DNA of 64,000 nucleotides from the human T2T-CHM13v2.0 reference genome, Homo sapiens. The notes under the pieces are model-generated. The model had not been told where the DNA came from. It did not search any database and worked only from the letters and a program-made list of their open reading frames with translations. Below, piece by piece: positions 15,845-29,999 of this stretch. The stretch lies in NCBI RefSeq assembly GCF_009914755.1, contig NC_060945.1, one strand, 5' to 3'. Both the position numbers and the translations under genes were made by a program. Each line of letters starts with the position of its first letter. Position 1 is the stretch's first letter.

Positions 15845-15846
15845 CC

Positions 15847-15877
<31 letters not shown>

Positions 15878-16162
15878 TTTGAGACGGAGTCTTTCTCTGT
15901 TGCCCAGGCTGCAGTGCAGTGGCGATCTTGGCTCACTGCAACCTCCACCTCCCTAGTTCAAGTGATTCTCCTGTCTCAGCCTCCTGAGTAGCTGGGATTA
16001 CAGGCCCGCACCACCATGCCCGGCTAATTTGTGTATTTTTAGTGGAGACGGGGTTTTGCCATGTTGGCCAGGCTGGTCTCGAATTCCTGACCCCCCGGTG
16101 ATCTGCCCACCTTGGCCTCCGAAAGTGCTGGGATTACAGGCGTGAGCCACCGCGCCCGACCT
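15845..16162 (-). mobile_element. AluS
   Basis: Alu consensus, long poly(T). Confidence 0.93.
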
Positions 16163-16485
16163 TCTTTTTCTATTTTTATTTTTGATTTTCTTCAGCACCA
16201 AGCCCAAAGATCCAAAAAGGGAATGTCAGCATATGCTTTTAGAAATCTAGAAACTCTAACTTTTCAATATCTAAAGGTGACCACAACCACTCAAGAACTA
16301 ACATATTCCTTTCTAAAACAGGATATAGAAAAAGCAAAAAAAAGAACTGATATATGCGAACGACTGATTTTTTTACTATCATGAAAAGTTTTATCCCAAG
16401 TAATCTTACTACTAGTAATGACCTTTTAAAGATTTTTATTAAAGAAAATTCTCTAACATATTCATATAAATACAGTTTTACTCAC

Positions 16486-16552
16486 CAACCATTTTCCTTT
16501 TCACGTTTGGATAGCTTCTGTTCCTTATCCACAGAAACATTACAGGAAACAC
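16486..16552 (-). CDS. MIS18A: MIS18A coding exon 2
   Basis: ctag acceptor, GTGAGT donor; 67 nt; (C)VSCNVSVDKEQKLSKREKENG(C); phase matches exons 1 and 3. Confidence 0.96.
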
Positions 16553-16749
16553 CTAGAAACAGAGAAAGTAACAATAATTTATTAATGTAGTTCGTTATAA
16601 CATACCTGCAGACAGAGAGTTTCTAATCCAACTTTTTAGAACTCGGAGGACAAAAAATAAGCCCAAAGTCAAACACACAAAAGAGCGGTTTAAAACTAAA
16701 TGTACTGGGGTCTTCTGGGAAAAGATAGCAGAATAAGAGTTATTTCCAA

Positions 16750-16880
16750 CCAGGCGCAGGGACTCACACCTGTCATCCCAACCCTTTGGGAGGCCAAGGT
16801 GAGAGAATGGCTTGGGGCCAGGAGTTCGAGGTCAGCCTGGACAACATAACGAGACTCCATCTCTAAAAAAAAATTTTTAA
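16750..16880 (+). mobile_element. FLAM / Alu monomer
   Basis: Alu left-arm consensus. Confidence 0.85.
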
Positions 16881-17859
16881 ATAAAAATTTAAGAAAAATT
16901 TTAAAAGGTTATTTCCTCCCTTTCCCTGAAAACCACTAACATTAATAGAATGGCTAAAATTAGAGGGGAAAATTCATTCCACAGTAAACTTGGAACAAGT
17001 AGAACCTCAAATCACACACTGCAAAGAATTATCTGCCAGATAGTGAAATTGGGTTCCAAACCTAGGAAGATGCAAACAGCCAACACATATATCTCCAGAT
17101 TTCAAACACAGGGCCCATTTCTCTAAAAGTAACTGAGAGGGTCCTCAGGATCCCAGCCACACATCTTTTACTTGAACAATGACTTGGACAGAGGTCACTG
17201 CTGGACTTCAGAGGCAGCAGCAAACATTCCCAAAGAATCCAGCTCTAGGAAACACTAAAGGACAGGGTAGAGGGTGAAGAGAAATGAAGAAGGGACATCT
17301 GACCTAAAATGGCCAAAACAGACTCTTGATTTCACGGCCTCCTACAGTCTACCTTAACTCGGTAAACTCCAACTCCATCTACCTGCTTGCTGAAATCAGA
17401 AACCAGGGTGTCATCCTTGATTCTTTGTCTCCTCATCCTGCTCCCCTGTATCTACTCCACTGATCCATCCCATCAATTCTACCTCACAAACTTCACTCCA
17501 GCCCCCAAACCACCAGCACCACCTCTTGCCTGGACTACTGCCCTGGCTCTTCACTAACCTCCCCACTTCCATACTTGTTCCTCCTTCAATGCTTTCTCCA
17601 AAGAAAATGCGGGGTCACATTACTCCCCTGCCTAAGCTAGCATAATAACGTACTCACTAGAACAGATTACTACTCTTTAGAACAGACTACAACGCCTTGC
17701 AGTTTCTGATCTCTTCCTTCCTCCCTAAATCTTATCTTTATTCTCTTTAACCAGTCTCAAGGCTTTTGCACCAGCTGCTCAGCACCTGTCAAAAGCAAAG
17801 AGCGTGACCAAGAACTGTACCTGCAGCCAAGCTAGCATTCACTTATAAATACAGGAAAA

Positions 17860-18217
<358 letters not shown>

Positions 18218-18307
18218 TCAAACAATTCAGGAATGAAAAAGCTATTAAGAAGCTTTTTTATGTTAATGAGTACTGGAGTTGGGAAAACAATTTATATAAA
18301 CTTTATA

Positions 18308-18577
18308 GGATTGGGTGCTGTAACTCACATCTGTACTCCCAGCACTTTAGGAGGCCGAAGCAGGGGATTGCTTGGGGCCAGGAGTTTGAGATCAGCCTGA
18401 GCAACATAGCAAGACTCTGTCTCTACAAAAAATTTAAAGATTAGCCAGGTGTTAGTGTGTATCTGTAGTCCCAAGCTACTTGGGAAGCTGAGCCGGGAGG
18501 ATAGTTTGAGCAGGCGTTCAAGGTTACATACAGTGAGCTATGATTGCGCCACTGTACTCCAACCTGGGCAACAGAGG
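18308..18577 (+). mobile_element. AluJ
   Basis: Diverged Alu dimer. Confidence 0.85.
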
Positions 18578-19024
18578 GCTGTTAACCCACTATAACCCTA
18601 TTAAAAAAAAACCTATTAAATAAATAATCCTATTTTAAAAAATCATAGTTAGGCTGTTATAGCTACAGAACAGAATGTAAATGTACAGAATGTAAATGTA
18701 TAAACCTTGACAAAATGAAAATAATTAAACTAATTCAAATTGGGTAAGGAAGGAATGGAAATGAATCCGAGTTCATTTATTTGTCTTTACTGGGGGGTGT
18801 GGGGAGGTGTTAAATCCTATTATCTAAATCTGATAAATCAAAAAATGTATAGTTCTTTAAATTTTAAACTACTATTTTAGAACTATGTTTTAAATTTAAA
18901 AGCTATTGTTATAAAAATTAAATAACAAAAACAGTCTTTCTATAAGTAAAGCAAAACAACGAAAAGAGCCCACATGGCAAAAAATACACTCTATCGAAAC
19001 AAACAAATAAAATGAAAGATGTAA

Positions 19025-19445
<421 letters not shown>

Positions 19446-20149
19446 GTTTGATTTTGATAGGTGCAAAGAGTTAATCTCAACTTTCAGTTAACTACTGGAC
19501 ACTGGTGTGCTCCTTTATTCCCAGTATTACACCAAGGAAAACGTTCCAGAAACGTCGATAAGCCGGTGGTGAATTACTGCCATCGGAACATTTACGGCAT
19601 TCAAAGACAGAAAAAACTTCATCTTGAAAAATCACAATCCAAAAACAACAGCCATTCTTACACCAATTCATAAAAAATATGTGAACCACTTTATCCCTAA
19701 ATACTGCAAAAACATCAAAATGAGGGAACAGTGGAACAACAGAGGTAAGAGGTAACTGCTAGAACCAGGATTAGAAACTAATTCCTGCCTTCTTCTGAAC
19801 TCTTTTGCTACATCCTCCTTCCTCGCCAGTTTTCATGGGGTTGTTGGTGCTTTTATTGCAAGTTTCCTTCCCTTTCTTCCCTATAGCACTGTGTTCCGTC
19901 AACTCTGCGGCTCTATCACTGGAGGCTGTAGAGGCATCCGCTGATACACCAACAGCCTGCTAATTTCTATGGGGAGTAATAGTACTGGCTGCACCTCAAG
20001 TGCTTACAGTCTAGTTGACCATTTGTTTCTCTTTTTTTAGGGTCTTTAAAAGTGTTATTCTTTGTCGCCCTTTGTTTCTGAGTAATGCTCACGATGATGC
20101 TGATTCAACCACTGCTCTTCTGGGATCGGGGACCCCAGAAAAGAACCCA

Positions 20150-20900
20150 CCGCCCGAGAGCCAAAGTGGAGGGGTGACCCTCCTCCCCTTTTCCTGCCAC
20201 AGCTCACACTCTCAGACTTTTTGCTCTTAAAGTCCCTGGGCAGCCCCAAGGAGCCCCCGCCTCCTCCCGGGCCGCCCACGCGCGGCACCCCTGGAAGAAG
20301 GCGACCCCACGCCCCCCCTGCCCGGCTCGACCCAACTGACAGCGAAGCAGGATGCAGTTGGTGTCCTCCTGGCTGGCCACCCAGCTCAGCGAGTCGCCCA
20401 GCGGCCGCCGGCAGCCGGAGCACAGGAACACCAGCGGCCTCTCCTCCGCAGCCGCCGCCTCCTCCTCCAGCTGCGCCCTCTCCATGTCGGCCACCGACGC
20501 GTCTTCGCTCATGGAGCTCCACATGCTCGCCCACTTCTGCAACAGCTGGTGGCGGCTCGAGTCTTCGGAGAGTCTCTTGCCCAACAGCGAGGAGTCGCTG
20601 CATTTGCCCTTGTCGCCGCACTCACAGCCGCCAGCGCATCCTCTGCTACACCTCAGTGACCGAACGCCTGCCATTACCTACAAATCGCCCGCGCCCCAGA
20701 GCGCCATGGGAAAAAAAACCGCCGCTGCTCATGCGCGGGGCGGGGAGCGGTGGCGGAGGCCGAGAAGGGGCAAAAGCCTGAAGGGGGCGGGACGGCGGGC
20801 GGCCTCTAGTGCGCATGCGCGCCGTGCGGCCTTGGCCAAGCGTGATAGTCACTGCGCCTGCGTCAGGTTTTCCAGCCTGAAGAAATTGATGATGCAGACC
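20150..20900. promoter_or_regulatory. CpG island / MIS18A promoter with NRF1 site and GC boxes
   Basis: High GC and CpG density over exon 1; TGCGCATGCGC at 20810-20820; GGGGCGGG boxes near 20737-20745 and 20783-20792. Confidence 0.9.
20341..20674 (-). CDS. MIS18A: MIS18A coding exon 1 (Mis18-alpha, CENP-A deposition licensing factor)
   Basis: ATG at 20674; translates [16 protein letters not shown]...[14 protein letters not shown]...CILLR, including the first CxxC of the Yippee domain; GT donor at 20340-20339; 334 nt, phase 1. Confidence 0.98.
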
Positions 20901-20959
20901 TGTTTGCTTGTCTTCCTAAGGATTATTCACCCCTTTCCGTGGGAGGGGCAGCGTCACTG

Positions 20960-21262
20960 AGAAAGTTACGGGTTGCAAGCTTGAGTGTCTAAGAACCGCC
21001 TGGCGAGCTTCTTAAGCAGATCGCCAGGTTCCATCTTCGCAGACTCTGGTTCAGCAGGTAGCAGGTTAGCCCGAGAATCTGCATTTCTAACAAGCTCCTA
21101 GGCGTGCCCACGCTGTCAGTATTGGCAGCCCAACCTTTTTTGGGGGGTGGGGGGGGGGGAGTTTTTCTATGTTGCCGGTCTCGAACTCCTAGCCTTAAGC
21201 GATCTTCCCTACTCGGCCTCCCAAAATGCCAGGATCGCAAGCGTAAGCCACTGTGCCAGACC
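20960..21262. mobile_element. MER5A-like element followed by a minus-strand FLAM fragment
   Basis: AGAATCTGCATTTCTAACAAG motif; Alu left-arm sequence at 21165-21262. Confidence 0.7.
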
Positions 21263-22164
21263 ACCACCCTTTTTCTTCTTTTTTGTAAGTGGACTAATTA
21301 TAGTTGTATATAAGCAGCTCCACTTTTGATGACCACTGCTCTATTTTGTCGGCTCCTGGGGACCTCCTTTCCATGAAGTGGAGAAGGAAGGGGATAGAGG
21401 AGTCCCTCATCACAGGGTCCTTTTGCGCACTGCTATCCCTGGAATGAGACCCTGGGAAGGGCCCCGGATCACTCAGGCTGTCACTGCAAGGAAAAAGTTG
21501 AGGAAGCAGCAGTGCCCCTGGAAAGCCTGGAAGTGTCCCTGCTGCTTGGATCAAGGAACAATTCGTCCTTGCAAGGAAGAAGCATCCCTTGTTGATGATA
21601 AGGACAGATTTCCTCAGCTGCCCCAGAAAGCCAGCCTCTGCCTAAAACACCGTAGGTCAGGAGGGAAAGCTGGCGGGGAACCAGCCAGCTGCACCACAGA
21701 CAGTCTGGTGGTATACCTGGGAAGAAAGCTACCTGCAAGGACCTACTCTGTTCCTACTACGCTCTGGGTGTCCCCCAAGTCACTGCCTATTTTGCTTGGT
21801 TGCATAAACTATTTATGTAAATGTACTTCCAATTTTAGTGCTTACAGCCACTAGCAAAAAGCAAAAGCTTTGGAGTCAGTGGTCCTGGTTAACTTACCCC
21901 TCCCTCCACAAGGTAGTAACAGTGTAGGGAACTGTGGAAAAGGCTGTTTGCCTTCCCTGAGTCTAATTCTTCATGGAGTAAATGGAGTCTGTTTCTTCAG
22001 TACTACACCAAGTTGTTCATGAGGATCGAGTTTTCTAATATTCATGAAAATACTTTGTAAACCCTGGCACACCATGCTCATGTTAATCACCTTCTTACTG
22101 GAAGAAAATGCTTTAGATAATTTAGGCTTTTTTTTTTTACCCATAGAATTCCCTTCCTTCCTTC

Positions 22165-22310
22165 TGCTTTTTTTTTTCTTTTCTTTATTTTTTCAGAGAT
22201 GATGTTTCAGTATGTTGCCCAGGCTGGTCTCGAACTCCTGGCCTCAAGCGATCCTCCTGCCTCAGCCTCCCAAGTAGCTGGAACTACAGGCATGCCTCAC
22301 CATACTTTGC
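22165..22310 (-). mobile_element. Alu monomer fragment
   Basis: Alu consensus. Confidence 0.8.
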
Positions 22311-22847
22311 CCCTTCTACTTTTGTAGAGCCAAGCCTGACCTTCCTGGACTGTTGTTTTCAAGCATAATATCTCTGGTACAACATTGATACAATCCACAT
22401 GAGTTCTTTAAGTAAGTGGCTAGTTACTTGGGGATTCAAAGGATCATCTTGTCTCAGACTTTGGGTTCCTATTGTCAATACTTAAATTCTATGATAGGAT
22501 GCCCCAGGAAAGAAGGAATACAAGGCCGAGCTGCGTGGTGACTTTCAGGGGCCCTATTTTTGCCTTAGTAGGCCTTTCTCTCCATAAAACAGTTAATAAA
22601 AATTTCATTTTATAGTCACATTGCTATGAAGATGATTATATTAAAATGATATCATAAAACATTTTTAGACCTGTAAGTTCATTTATTGCTCTTGATTAAA
22701 AAAATTGAAACATTTTCATGGTCCTTCAGAATATCATGGTTTGTAGGCATGATGCCTCCTGCACATCATGGAGAAGTTGGCTGATGCAAAATGAATTCCT
22801 CTATAGGCACAAGTGTGTTTGTATTAATATTATGAATATAAAAACAA

Positions 22848-23152
22848 GGCTAGCCATGGTGGCTCATGCCTGTAACCCCGGCACTTTGGGAGGCTGAAGC
22901 GAGAGAGTCACTTGAGCCCAGGAGTTTGAGAACAACCTGGGCAACATAGAGAGACCCTGTCTCTACAAAGATTTCAAAATTAGCCAGGCATGGTGGTGCG
23001 CCCCTGTAGTCCCAGTTGCTTGTGAGGCTGAGGCAGGAGGATGGGTTGGGCTTGGGAGGTCGAGGCTGCAGTAAGCTGTGATTATGCTATTGCACTCCAG
23101 CCTGGGTGACAGAATGAGATCCTGTCTCAAAAAAATAAAAAACAAAACAAAA
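22848..23152 (+). mobile_element. AluJ
   Basis: Alu dimer consensus. Confidence 0.9.
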
Positions 23153-23775
23153 CCTCAGCTAACCACAAAATCATCATATTTATGGGAGGACAAAATGAGA
23201 TGCTTGAAAAAGATGACCTCGTAGTTTGTGGTTGTGGTTGCTTCCTAAACTACATTCTCACCGTACTTCCTAGTTATCTAACTAGGAGATTTGGATAAGG
23301 TTGAGTCCATCTCCACCACTCTCACCACCAGTTCCGGGAATGAGTCCCTAGAGGTTTAACCCGATCAATCAGGATGACCATGACTCTTCCATAGCGATTG
23401 GGGCAGGGATGGCACCTACCCCTGGCGACCCGTGCTGCTCCCCTGGCAATAGGGATTGGCTCAGAATAAAAACTTGGCCTTGTCAAGTTCAATTTTGCCC
23501 AATCTGAGTAAGGGAATCACAGAGAAACAGCACCCAATCTCTAGATCCTTCCAGTTGTGTGAGCCAACCAGTTCCAGTTATTGTGGAAGCCAGTTTCAAT
23601 TGTTGTTTTGTTTTTACTAGCAACCAAAAATGTATGTAGCAATCTGTTACAGTATGTTAAAATTGAAGTTTCCACTAAGACTCCAAGATGAAGTAAAAAT
23701 GAGATATCAAAGTGTGTGTGAGAGAGATTGCCCTCCTTCCTGGGGGAATCTTCAGAGTAGATTTAGGAGAGATGA

Positions 23776-24085
<310 letters not shown>

Positions 24086-24665
24086 TGATTTCCTCCTTCT
24101 CTTAAACACCTCTCTCACACACTTTGGGAATATAAAGGAAGGGAGAAAATCGTGACCAAGATGACTTCACTGGAAGGATCTCTTTGGAGATGGGCCCCTC
24201 CCCAATAGAGAAAATGAGGGTATCTGCCTCCTTGCCTCAATTTGGCTGATAAGAGACTTTGAGGAGACACTTACATACCTGTTGGTTCCCAGGCACTTGG
24301 GGACAGGGTGACCTGCAGGAGCGTCAAGCTGCGTGTGTTTTGGTAGCACAACAAAGGCAAACAAGGTAGGTTGTCAGCCAGATCGGAACTTTGCTGGCAG
24401 GATGTCACCTAGAGTCTTAATTTCTGCCTAAGGAGCTAACCTGGAAGCACGAAGACTCCCCAGTGGTGAGTCAAGTGTGAACAGCACTCCTGGAGAACCA
24501 GGGCAGAGGGAAAGCCAGCCTGAGATGAGGCCTTGCCCAGTGGGTCATGGGCATGCACCTGGGATTTGGGATGTGCAGGGAGTCCCCGAGGGGACTAGGA
24601 GAGAGGGTCAGGTCTAACTAGATCTTACCTAAGAGTGCAAAACAAAGTTAGAACAAGTTCAAGTG

Positions 24666-25029
24666 TGTATTAGTCCGTTCTCATGCTGCTATAAAGAACT
24701 ACTTGAGACTGGGTAACTTATAAAGGAAAGAGGTTTAACTGACTCACAGTTCTGCATGGCTTGGGGAGGCCTCAGGAAACTTGCAATCATGGCGGAAGAC
24801 AAAGGGGAAGCAAAGCACGTCTTACGTGGCAGCAGGAGAGAGAGAGAGCAAGCCAAGGGGAGGTGCCACACTTTAAAACCACCAGATCTCGTGAGAACTC
24901 ACTATCATGAGAACAGCCTGGGGGAACTGCCCCCATGATCCAATTACTCCCACCACGCCCCTCCCTCAACACATGGAGATTGCAATTCAAGATGAGATTT
25001 GGGTGGGAACACAGAGCCAAACCATATCA
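24666..25029 (-). mobile_element. Solo MSTA (MaLR) LTR
   Basis: TGTATTAGTCCGTTCTC...AAACCATATCA; 5-bp TSD AAGTG on both sides. Confidence 0.88.
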
Positions 25030-25544
25030 AAGTGAAAACTGTCCTATCCCCCACTTTCCCCATCTCAGGCTAGGCAGAAATGAAAACCGCAGGGAACAGG
25101 TGAGGTGGGAAAGAGCAGGGCCAGCCACAGCCCCTTCCCCACCTGAGGCAGGGAAGGCTAAGGCGGCCTATGTCCTACCTGGGGCAAAGGGAAAACAGTT
25201 CTCATCCTGTAGTGAAGATTGCCATGTTGATTAGTATCTTGGACTGACGCTACCATTTCTTCACTGGGATTCTGTTTGCAATGAAAGTGCCTACAGAATT
25301 GTCTATTCCCTAAGAGGACCTTAGAAGAACACAGAGAGCATGCACTAAAATTCTGCTCGTGTGGGGAGGGATTCTTTGCAAAGGTTTGTAGGAGAGAACC
25401 ATGAGGGATGGTACAGGAATCCAGGTTAAAAGCAATGAGGCCAACACCACCCCTCCCTCGACCTAGAGGGATGCTGGGCGAGGTTACCAGAAAGAAGGAG
25501 AGTTGCGAAGAGCAGACCACCTTGAGACAATCACCTTCCATCCA

Positions 25545-25770
25545 GGGTCACAGTCACCAGCTGGGGTGACCTCATAGGGAGGGAGGCAGGAGATTAAATT
25601 CTCTGACCTCGCTCTCTTCTGTCCCTCCAGTTTCCTGCTGGAACTCGCCATTGCCCATATCCAGCCAGAATCCACAGGGCACGTAGCATATTGATGTAAT
25701 CCATACAAGTTCACCATGGTCAAGAGCAGGGTGGAGCGTGAATGGGAAGGGATCCCACACACAGACTGCC
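25545..25770. mobile_element. Ancient ERVL LTR (LTR33-like) fragment
   Basis: CTCTGACCTCGCTCTCTTC...CCATTGCCC...CAGCCAGAATCCA resembles the recalled consensus. Confidence 0.45.
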
Positions 25771-26151
25771 CTTGTGCTCATCTAGGGCCACAGGGAAGGC
25801 GGTCGTCACCGAAGAAGGTCTAAGGGCGTAGCAGAAGGCAAAATGTGAAAGAGAGTTCCATTTTTATTATAACCTGCAGTCTTTTCTTGCACAACATATG
25901 GGTTACTTGAACTACCTGATTCAACCCTAATTTTTGGCTTGATTCGAAAGCTTTAGTGTAAATAACAAACAAATGCTCATCTAATTTATATCAATGGCTA
26001 GCACTAGAGGGGAGAGAGACAGAGCAAGAAAATATAACTGGGGGAGAGAAGGAAAAAGAGAAGAAACAAATGAGATCTTAATAATTTGGGAGAATTGTGG
26101 CCTTTTAAGAGTGCTCTGGCAATTGAGGAAAATCAGAAATTAATGGCTATA

Positions 26152-27052
<901 letters not shown>

Positions 27053-27419
27053 TAATAGGTTTTAGCGTCTATGCCAAACATGTAAATCTCCCTTTTAACT
27101 AAAAGGGTATTTTCTAAACACAGCACAGACTAATCAGAAAGTGAGTTTTGTGACTTCTGAATCTGGAATAATATCAGAGATGCTTAAGATTACAAATCAA
27201 GTATTCTTGGAGAGATTCAAGAAACATCGTATCCATAGCTGAAGGATTGAAAGATAAAGGAATTCACAGAATATATAATCAAATAAGTAAGAAATGTAAA
27301 TGGCCAAAGAAAAGACAAGAGGCATAGGTCCAGGAGGTCCAACATCTGACTAATAGGTGGTTCAAATATACAGGGAACACAAAATAAAGAGAAAAAATCA
27401 TTAAAAAAAAATACAGTTG

Positions 27420-27690
27420 ACTGAGCACAGTGGCTCATGCCTGTAATCCCAGCGCTTTGGGAGGCTGAGGTGCGTGGGTCATTTGAGGTCAAATGTTCGA
27501 GACCAGCCTGGCCAACCTGATGAAATCCAGTCTCTACTAAAAATACAAAAATTAGCTGGGCAGTAGTGACGCATGCCTGTAATCCCAGCTACTCAGGAGA
27601 CTGAGGCAGGAGAATCACTTAAGCCTAGGAGGCGGAGGCTGCAGTGAGCCAGGATCATGCCACTGCACTCCAGCCTGGGCGACAGAGTGT

Positions 27691-27727
<37 letters not shown>

Positions 27728-27960
27728 AGAGAGAGAGAGAAAAGAAAGAAAAGAAAAGAAAAAGGAAGGAAGGAAGGCAGCAGGCAGGCAGGCAGACAGA
27801 CAGCAATTGTCACTGCACTCCAGCCTGGGCAACAGAGTGAGGCCCTGTCAAAAAAGAAAGAAAGAAAAGGAGAGAGAGAGAAAGGAAAGAAAGAAGGAAG
27901 AAAGGAAGGAGAGGAGATGGAAGGGGAGGGGAGGGAAGAGGAGAGGAAGAAGGGAGGGAA
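27420..27960 (+). mobile_element. AluS with long poly(A), purine-rich simple repeats and a second Alu 3'-end fragment (27810-27850)
   Basis: Alu consensus; (GA)n, (GAAA)n, (GGAA)n and (GGCA)n tracts. Confidence 0.9.
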
Positions 27961-28302
27961 TGCAATTGCCCAGAGCTAAAAGATGAATCTTCAGATTGGA
28001 AGAGCATACTAATTTCCTGGCACAAGAAATGAAATAATCTCACACCAAGGCTTAACATTGTAAATTATCAGAACTCCAACCTTCAGAGAAATTTCTAAAA
28101 GTTTCAGAGAAGAGGGAAAAGGTGCAAGAATCAGATCACATTAGACTTCTCATCAGCAACCTGACTTCAGAAGCCGGAAAGCTCAAAGTTCAGTGGGCAG
28201 GTGATTTTCAGACTAGAGTTATATACCCATTCCAATCATGATCCAGGTATAATTGACATTTTCAGATGTAACAGAACTTGAAAATTTTATCTTTTACGTA
28301 GC

Positions 28303-28600
28303 TTTTTTTTTTTTTTTTGAGACATAGTCTTGCTCTGTCACCCAGGCTGGAGTGCAATGGCGTGATCTCGGCTCCCTGCAACTTCCGCCTCCTGGTTTCA
28401 AGTGATTCTCCTGCCTCAGCCTCCTGAGTAGCTGGGATTACAGGTGTCCACCACTACGCCTGGCTAATTTTTGTATTTTTAGTAGAGACGGGGTTTCACC
28501 AGGTTGGCCAGGATGGTGTTGAACTCCTGACCTCAGGTGATCCACCTGCCTCGGCCTCCCAAAGTGTTGGGATTACAGGTGTGAGCCACCGCACCCGGCC
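28303..28600 (-). mobile_element. AluSx
   Basis: Alu consensus. Confidence 0.93.
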
Positions 28601-28909
28601 ACATAGCTTTTCTTATTTGAAAATATGCTACAATAAGAAATGTAGAAAGATAGGTCACTATAAAAGAAAAGCAAATATTTAATATATGAAAAGATTCTCT
28701 GCCATGCTCATTTTTAAACTACACTAAAAACTAATAGCTCACCTGTCACCCTGATAAAATCCAGAAGTTTGACAACATGATCTGTTTTCCATACTGTTGC
28801 CCAAGAAAACAGGCACTTTCATACATTGTTGATAGAAATGCAAGATATTATAACCTCTATGGAAAGGAATTTGGCAGTATCTAACACAATTGCATACATA
28901 TGTATCCTT

Positions 28910-28920
28910 TCTCTCTCTTT

Positions 28921-28957
<37 letters not shown>
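28910..28957. repeat. (CT)n(CA)n microsatellite
   Basis: Direct inspection. Confidence 0.95.
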
Positions 28958-28959
<2 letters not shown>

Positions 28960-29207
28960 CACATCTAGGAGCTGATTCCAAAAGTACACTGGCAAAAATA
29001 TGGTAAAACATGAACACAAGACATTGCAGCACTACTTGAAATGGAAAAGACTGAAAACAACCCAAACATTCATCAACTGGGAAGTGAATGGATAAGCTGT
29101 AGTACAACCACATGATGGGAACATTACGTACCTGTGAAAAAGAAAGAGGCTTATCTCTACATGCCATGGAGGGGACACCAGAATAAACGGTTAAGTAAAA
29201 AAAGGCA

Positions 29208-29512
29208 GGCTGGGCGCAGTGGCTCAGTCAGGCCTGTAATCTTAGCACTTTGGGAGGCCAAGGTGGGAGGATTACTTGGGTCCAGGAGTTCGACACCAGC
29301 CTGGGTGACATGGCAAGACCCTGTCTCTACTAAAAATACAGAAAAAGTTAGCTGGGCATGGTGGCACATGCCTGTAGTCTCAGCTACTCAGGATGCTGAG
29401 GTGGGAGGATTGCTTGAGCCTAGGAGGCAGAGGTTACAGTGAGCCAAGATTGAGCCACTGCACTCCAGCCTGCACAACAGAGCAAGACCCTGCCTCAAAA
29501 AAAAAAAAAAAA
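29208..29512 (+). mobile_element. AluJ
   Basis: Alu consensus. Confidence 0.9.
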
Positions 29513-29999
29513 TGTTTTTTTTTAAATGTAATTTGCCAATGGACATCTAAAAAAAGGTAGGGGGAAGACATTAATACACATACATATTTACTTATATTTT
29601 TAAAAATTGAAGGATATACCAAAAACATTTTTTAAAAGTGCCTACTTAGCTGAAAGTAACAGAAACACAGAAGAGGAATAGGAACTACGGATCCACAAGT
29701 GTACCTTGTCTTGTATATTTGACTTTGGAATCATGTAACTATTTGACATAAATATAAAACAAAATCTTTTTTTAAAAAAGCAATCTCTAAATATGTAGAT
29801 ATTGAATATATCTAGTGGATGGCATAGCTGCATGGAGAAGAACTATTTTGAGTAATTTTAAAACATGAACTTGACTATACGTATCTCATGAGATATACCC
29901 TAAGTACCAAAATAAATAAATACATTTCTACCATCTCTTTCCCAAAAAGATTTTAAACCATTTTTAGTAAGCATGTTGTTGTTGTTAGAATTGATATTG

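Larger units (their letters stand above)
19520..22620 (+). ncRNA. Possible antisense lncRNA across the MIS18A promoter (MIS18A-AS1-like); boundaries approximate
   Basis: Strong + strand donor GAG|GTAAGA at 19744/19745 and AATAAA at 22595-22600; identity rests on recalled annotation and cannot be shown from sequence. Confidence 0.3.

Noticed and set aside
20055-20960. Overlapping 186-202 aa ORFs around MIS18A exon 1
   Set aside because: Expected stop-codon depletion in a CpG island; alternative or antisense frames of the real exon
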